Source of the DNA: an uncultured delta proteobacterium
GTDB lineage: Bacteria > Desulfobacterota > Binatia > UBA9968
Reading direction: 5' to 3'
Length of the DNA stretch: 64,000 bases
Assembly (NCBI GenBank): GCA_963816145.1
Contig: CAWFJP010000017.1
Coordinates: 32,001 to 96,000, forward strand
The notes beneath the pieces were generated by a model. That model was not told the DNA's origin. It did not search any database and saw nothing but the letters and a program-made list of their open reading frames with translations. This document shows, one piece after another, positions 59,174 to 64,000 of the stretch (within the stretch, counting starts at the first letter, position 1; each line of letters starts with the position of its first letter). Made by a program: the position numbers and the translations under genes.

Positions 59174-59316
59174 TTCACCACACTTTACCGTCGCAAATCG
59201 AAGACTGCCACACCCGGACGCGGCGAAGGATTTGACGCGCGGACGCCTGATTTCGAATCGCTAATCTTGCCTGATTCCAGGCAGGGGTGATCTGGGCCTC
59301 GACCCTGCCTGCTAGC

Positions 59317-60072
59317 TTACGCCTGAGGTCTGGAGCGGCCGAGCCAGTCCGCGAAACGCGTCGGACCGATGCGCGGGTTTTCGCCGGGGGGGAGCGATTG
59401 ATCGTTCAACTCTAGGCCGAAGTAGCGTGCGTGGACATCTGCGACCACCTGACGTGGATCCTGGGTTGCGATCAGGAATCTTCCGACGAGTTTGTCGAGC
59501 GGCACTGGTTCGGGACCGGCCAACTCGACCATGCCGTTCAACGGCGCACCGACGACGACGTCGACCAGAGCGGCAGCGACGTCATCCGACACGATGGGCT
59601 GGAAAAGCGCAGGTGGCAGCCGGACCGTTTGACCGTCGGTCGCCGATTGGGCGATGCCGCCGACGAACTCGAAAAACTGCGTTGCGCGGACGATCGTATA
59701 GGGAACCGGGGAGGCTTTGATCAGGTTTTCTTGGGCCATCTTGGCGCGAAAGTAACCACTCGCAAGCAGGCGCTCGGCGCCGACGACCGACAGCGCCACA
59801 TGATGTCCCACGCCGGCCGCCGATTCTGCGGCAAGGAGGTTATGAGTCGACGTCTCGAAGAACTCTAAAACTGCGTTGTCCTCCCACGAAGGCGAGTTGG
59901 CCACGTCGACGACCACCTGCGCGCCGGTCATCGCTTCCGCCAGTCCCTTGCCAGTGAGAGTATCGACACCCGAGGAGCGTGACGCCGCCACTACGTCATG
60001 GCCAAGCTGACGAAGGTTCTTCACCAGCTTTGTGCCGATGATCCCGTTGCCGCCGATAACCACAATCTTCAT
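59317..60072 (-). CDS. NmrA-like/SDR NAD(P)-dependent oxidoreductase
   Basis: VIGGNGIIG, Y.RAK, RATQFFEF. Confidence 0.9.
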   Translation of the reverse strand: MKIVVIGGNGIIGTKLVKNLRQLGHDVVAASRSSGVDTLTGKGLAEAMTGAQVVVDVANSPSWEDNAVLEFFETSTHNLLAAESAAGVGHHVALSVVGAERLLASGYFRAKMAQENLIKASPVPYTIVRATQFFEFVGGIAQSATDGQTVRLPPALFQPIVSDDVAAALVDVVVGAPLNGMVELAGPEPVPLDKLVGRFLIATQDPRQVVADVHARYFGLELNDQSLPPGENPRIGPTRFADWLGRSRPQA

Positions 60073-60194
60073 GTCGAACCTTCTAGCTCCGTTAAATTAT
60101 GGCGTCACATCGTGCATTGGGATAAAGCTGCGCTGACAAAATCTGCCCCGAGGATTTCTCGCTTACTATTGCCTATTGCCTGGTGCCGGTCTCC

Positions 60195-61226
60195 CTACTT
60201 CGACTCGAGTATCTGTTTCACTCGATTTACGACGGCGGGCTCGATTTCATACACTCCGTTCACCATCTTTTCTATTCCGGCTCCATCGATCGGGTCGATC
60301 TCGAGCTTGGCCTTTTCCGCCTCGGCGAGAAACTGCGGATCTTTGAGAGTGCTGATGAAAGCTCTTTGCAGTGTGCGCAAGCGCTGCTCGGGCACTTGCG
60401 GCGGCAGCGAATAAAGCCTCTGCTTGCCGTAAAGCTCGGCGGCGATGCGCAGGAGTTTTTTCCCTTCGTCGCTCTTGGCGAAATCGATGGCGAGCGGAAC
60501 ACCCTTCAACTCGGGATGCGGCTCGAGCGGCATCTGGAGAACCACATGAACCTGTTTGGCCTTCAGTGCGTTGGCCCAGGTCACTTTCGCCGATTGCCAG
60601 CTCAGTGTGCAGCTGCCGTCGAGTTCCCCTGTCTCTGCGGCGATTCTGATGTCTGCGGTACCCTTGTAGCCCTCGATGACCTGCACGGGAAATTCCGCGG
60701 CGGCGGCGAGCAGCTTGGTGTCGTCGGTGCCGCTGGTGCCGGGGCCATTGCCTCCCAGTTTGACTCGGGTTTTGGCCTTGCGCCAATCCTCTGCGCTCCT
60801 GATGCCACTACGTTCGGTCGTAATGCACACCATCGCATCCGCCGTCGGCATGCCGAGCCAGCCAAATTTGCGCCCCTCGAATTGCACCGCAGGGTTGCCC
60901 AGCATGTGCTGCATAATCAGCGGGCCGGACCAATTGCCGATCACCGTGCCGTCGCGGGGCGCGCTGTTGTAGATGTAGTTCGCCGCAATCAGCATGCCCG
61001 CACCCGGCATATTTTGCACGACAGCGGCCGGTTTGCCGGGGATGTATTGAGCGATATGGCGGCCGATCAGCCTGGTGTACGTGTCATAACCGCCGCCGGC
61101 GGAACCACCGACAATGAACTGGACGGTTTTGCCTTTGTAGAACTCTTCGACCGAAGCCGCCCGCGCCGAGACCGGCAATACCGAAAGAATGATCGTGAGC
61201 AACAGTACGTGGAAAGCTTGCGCCAT
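60195..61226 (-). CDS. TctC/Bug tripartite tricarboxylate transporter substrate-binding protein
   Basis: FYKGKT, SAGGGYD, NMPGAG, APRDG, GYKGT, DPQFLAEA. Confidence 0.92.
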   Translation of the reverse strand: MAQAFHVLLLTIILSVLPVSARAASVEEFYKGKTVQFIVGGSAGGGYDTYTRLIGRHIAQYIPGKPAAVVQNMPGAGMLIAANYIYNSAPRDGTVIGNWSGPLIMQHMLGNPAVQFEGRKFGWLGMPTADAMVCITTERSGIRSAEDWRKAKTRVKLGGNGPGTSGTDDTKLLAAAAEFPVQVIEGYKGTADIRIAAETGELDGSCTLSWQSAKVTWANALKAKQVHVVLQMPLEPHPELKGVPLAIDFAKSDEGKKLLRIAAELYGKQRLYSLPPQVPEQRLRTLQRAFISTLKDPQFLAEAEKAKLEIDPIDGAGIEKMVNGVYEIEPAVVNRVKQILESK

Positions 61227-61596
61227 TCGCCGCCTCCTGATGGTTGGGCTATCGTCGCGGAACGTAGTTTGTCCGCTAGGCGCATGTCAAGCGGTAAAAC
61301 GCTGCGCCAAGCGTCCATCATTCGATCGTTTCATGCCGCGAGAAATTTCCGCGGCGCGGAACTGCCCGGCACATCCGCATGGTCTTGAACGATCGGAATG
61401 TCGAGTCTAAGCAGCCAAAGGCGCCACCCTGGTCTTGCGATCACACTTCTCTCAATTCCAGATGCGATCCAATATCAGCCGGCAAACATAGCTATTCCGC
61501 TGCGAGTAGGGCTGACGCCGCGAATTTAGCAACGGCATAGTGTTCAATCATCGCAGCGGCAACGTGGTTAAATCTTTCTCATGGGTCGAATTGATT

Positions 61597-61644
61597 GGGT
61601 CGTGTCTTGGATTGCGACAATTGTGTGATTGCAGGACCTGGCAC
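61597..61644. repeat. REP-like imperfect palindrome
   Basis: gggtcgtgtcttggattgcgacaattgtgtgattgcaggacctggcac. Confidence 0.68.
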
Positions 61645-61673
61645 GTTAACCTGGCCCAGCGCACTTAAAGGCG

Positions 61674-62954
61674 TTACCGGCCGAACAGCCCTTTCAAGAC
61701 GTTGATGCCTTCCTTCAGCAGGTCACCCGCCGGGATTCCACGTTGGGCAGTATCGCCTTCTGGTTGTGCGCCCGCGCTGTCGCTGCCAAGCCCGCGTCCG
61801 CGCGGCGCGCCGGCCATACTCCCTTCGCCGAGGATCGCCGCTGCAGTGGACTTCAAACGTATCTTGGCGGTCCATTCCTGGTTCCACTCGACCTTGGGAT
61901 CCTGCGGCCGCGGCGGATGGACGAAATTGGCTTCTTCGCCATAGGCGATAAAACGCACGAATGCCGCAGGCGCAGCGGCAACGAACTGCGCCGGCACGAT
62001 GCATTCGGTGGTTGCGCTCGGCAATACCACCTTCTCTGTCACCAGGCGCGCTACCTCGCCCGGCGCCAGCCAGGTCATCAGTTGATCGCCGAACTCGCGG
62101 CTGTTGCTCGAACTCCAGAACACGATATCTTCAGTGCCCTCCTTGCTGCCCATCGCGGATGCATAGTAGCCATGCGCGTTGCCAACGCCGTTCCACGACA
62201 GCTTGATGCCGCTGCCGGACTTGACCATCGCCAGAATCACGGGTTCCATGAAATCGTATTTGTCGGCTAGCGCAAACCGGATGTCCGGCGAGTAGTTGCC
62301 CTTGACCATGTGCTCGCCGCGCAGGCTGGCATCACGGGGCACGCGCTGGCTGTCGCGCTGGTTTGGCCAGTCGCCGTAGGTGCGGCTTCGCGAAGGCGAC
62401 GGACCGCGCTGCACGTTGACGCGACGGCTGGTCAGACCCTGCGGCACTTCGCCCTGGGTCATGCGCGCAAAATCAACGACGTAAGGCTGTCCCGGCCCGG
62501 CCTGCTCGCCGCAACCCCAGTAGATCAGCATGCGTCCGCGCGGTTTCTCGAAGTTCTCGGGCATGCCGTCTTCGCGCGGCTCGGGGCGACGCGCCTGCTG
62601 CGGCGTTTCCAGCGGCAGGCTGGCGCCCATCTTGAGTCCCGTGGGAATCTCATGCGATGCCGCCGGCGCGCCGCTCGCGCTGCGCTGTGACCCCAGTTCC
62701 AGCAGCATCGAGCGGTTCGCGCCGCCCTCCATGCCGCCGCCGAGCATCATGCGGCCGATGTCCATCGCAGGCATGCCGCCGCCGCTGCCCATGCCGCCCA
62801 TCGGCAGGCCGCTCGTGGTATCGATGCTCATCCAGTACGTGGCGACCGGTGGTGTCACTTTCTGCTGCTGGGTCAGCGCGGTGGCCGGTAATGCAGCCAG
62901 CGCCAGAATGGCAAGACGAATCGGGGTTTTCACTTCATGCTCCTTCGGTTGCAA
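61674..62954 (-). CDS. Hypothetical secreted protein
   Basis: Signal peptide, Met/Gly-rich N-terminus, YWGCG motif, C-terminal KGLFGR; true start may be ~20 bp downstream. Confidence 0.75.
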   Translation of the reverse strand: MQPKEHEVKTPIRLAILALAALPATALTQQQKVTPPVATYWMSIDTTSGLPMGGMGSGGGMPAMDIGRMMLGGGMEGGANRSMLLELGSQRSASGAPAASHEIPTGLKMGASLPLETPQQARRPEPREDGMPENFEKPRGRMLIYWGCGEQAGPGQPYVVDFARMTQGEVPQGLTSRRVNVQRGPSPSRSRTYGDWPNQRDSQRVPRDASLRGEHMVKGNYSPDIRFALADKYDFMEPVILAMVKSGSGIKLSWNGVGNAHGYYASAMGSKEGTEDIVFWSSSNSREFGDQLMTWLAPGEVARLVTEKVVLPSATTECIVPAQFVAAAPAAFVRFIAYGEEANFVHPPRPQDPKVEWNQEWTAKIRLKSTAAAILGEGSMAGAPRGRGLGSDSAGAQPEGDTAQRGIPAGDLLKEGINVLKGLFGR

Positions 62955-63082
62955 GATTGCTTGGGGACGCGCTCAGGGATACGCATTCTCGGCGCGGCCG
63001 GTGATTAGAAAATGGAAGTAACCGCTGATGAACAGGTTATGGTCGATGATCGGGTCGCGTCTTGCATTGCATAAACCTGTAT

Positions 63083-63217
63083 TGACAAATCTTATCCCCA
63101 GGATTTCTCGCTCACTTTTGCCTGCTGCCTATCGTCCTACTTCGCCTCGAGTATCTGTATCACTCGACTCACGACGGCGGGCTCGATTTCATAAACGCCG
63201 TTCACCATCTTTTCTAT
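63083..63217 (-). pseudogene. Duplicated 3' end plus downstream flank of the TctC gene (60135-60275)
   Basis: IEKMVNGVYEIEPAVVSRVIQILEAK* versus IEKMVNGVYEIEPAVVNRVKQILESK*; flank aggatttctcgct also shared. Confidence 0.9.
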
Positions 63218-63446
63218 GAGACCTGTGGGGACGCTGTCAAGCCGGGAAAGCAGGACAAGCCTTCTAGCTCGCCGCGAATGTCGGCAGCCATCCGCCGAGA
63301 GGACTGAGACCAATGAGATCGCGCTGCGTCGATGCGCGGCCCGGCTCACAGCGAACCGGCTAATCGTCAGCCGAGGCATCGATTTCTCGAACTATTGGCG
63401 ATAATAGTGGCGTTAAGAATTGACGGACAAGCAAGGAGTGAAAACT

Positions 63447-63866
63447 ATGGCTACTCGATTTACCGGAGGCTGCCTTTGCGGTCGGGTGCGCTACGAATGT
63501 ACCGCCGAGCCGTTTTTTATGGGTAATTGCCACTGCCGCGATTGCCAAAAGGCCGGCGGCGGTGCGTACGAACCTGACATCGGACTGCCGGCCGCGGCGC
63601 TCAATATCACGGGGGCGGTTAAGTATTACGACACCAAAGCCGACAGTGGCAACACCTTGAGCCGCGGTTTTTGTCCCGAGTGCGGTGCGAGTTTGTTCGG
63701 CAAGACCAGCGCTATGCCGGATCTCGCGATGATCACGGCGGGGAGCCTCGACGACCCGAGCTTGTATAAGCCGACCTTGGACATTTTCACATCCAGCGCC
63801 CAGCCGTGGGATCACATGAATCCGGCGCTGGCCAAATTTCCCAAAATGCCGCCGATAGGAAGCTAG
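63447..63866 (+). CDS. GFA/CENP-V family protein
   Basis: GGCLCG.VRY, CHCRDCQK, R.FCPECG; GGAG RBS. Confidence 0.93.
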   Translation: MATRFTGGCLCGRVRYECTAEPFFMGNCHCRDCQKAGGGAYEPDIGLPAAALNITGAVKYYDTKADSGNTLSRGFCPECGASLFGKTSAMPDLAMITAGSLDDPSLYKPTLDIFTSSAQPWDHMNPALAKFPKMPPIGS

Positions 63867-63935
63867 GCCGGTGCCGTCGACGCTGCACTGTAATGCTTAA
63901 ATTCGCCGCGAATCGAAGTTCCGCGTTGTGTTTGA

Positions 63936-63987
63936 TTGAACGATTTAAACGGAGCAAAGCGGTTGAACGGTTTGAACGACTTAAACT
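63936..63987 (+). repeat. TTGAACG-rich intergenic repeat
   Basis: ttgaacgatttaaacggagcaaagcggttgaacggtttgaacgacttaaac. Confidence 0.75.
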
Positions 63988-64000
63988 GGCCGCCGCATTG

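Overview
GC-rich bacterial window. The gene content (many orphan periplasmic binding proteins, UbiD/CaiB/thiolase-DUF35 catabolic genes, an F420-dependent DDN) resembles Binatia-like soil bacteria, which is an inference only. No rRNA, tRNA or CRISPR array was seen. The standout is a ~7 kb putative anti-phage island at 42258-48755. It encodes HigB, a HigA-IrrE peptidase fusion, a tandem class III nucleotide cyclase with complementary half-sites and a CD-NTase-like '...PAKPDGFA' tail, an E2-E1(ThiF) fusion, a JAB protease and a cNMP-binding TIR effector. This reads as a Pycsar-type system with ubiquitin-like Cap2/Cap3-like machinery. The island is bracketed by inverted copies of an ~80-90 bp REP-like element. 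Members of that repeat family also lie at the breakpoints of several gene fragments and local duplications: LysR, amidohydrolase, IS630, TctC and cyclase fragments, and a 0.7 kb DDN duplication around vapBC. Other content includes a GT-C/GT2/methyltransferase glycosylation cassette, a low-GC metallophosphoesterase, several TA modules, htpG, a NYN-LOTUS protein and two frameshifted genes. All calls come from reading motifs by eye; no database searches were run.
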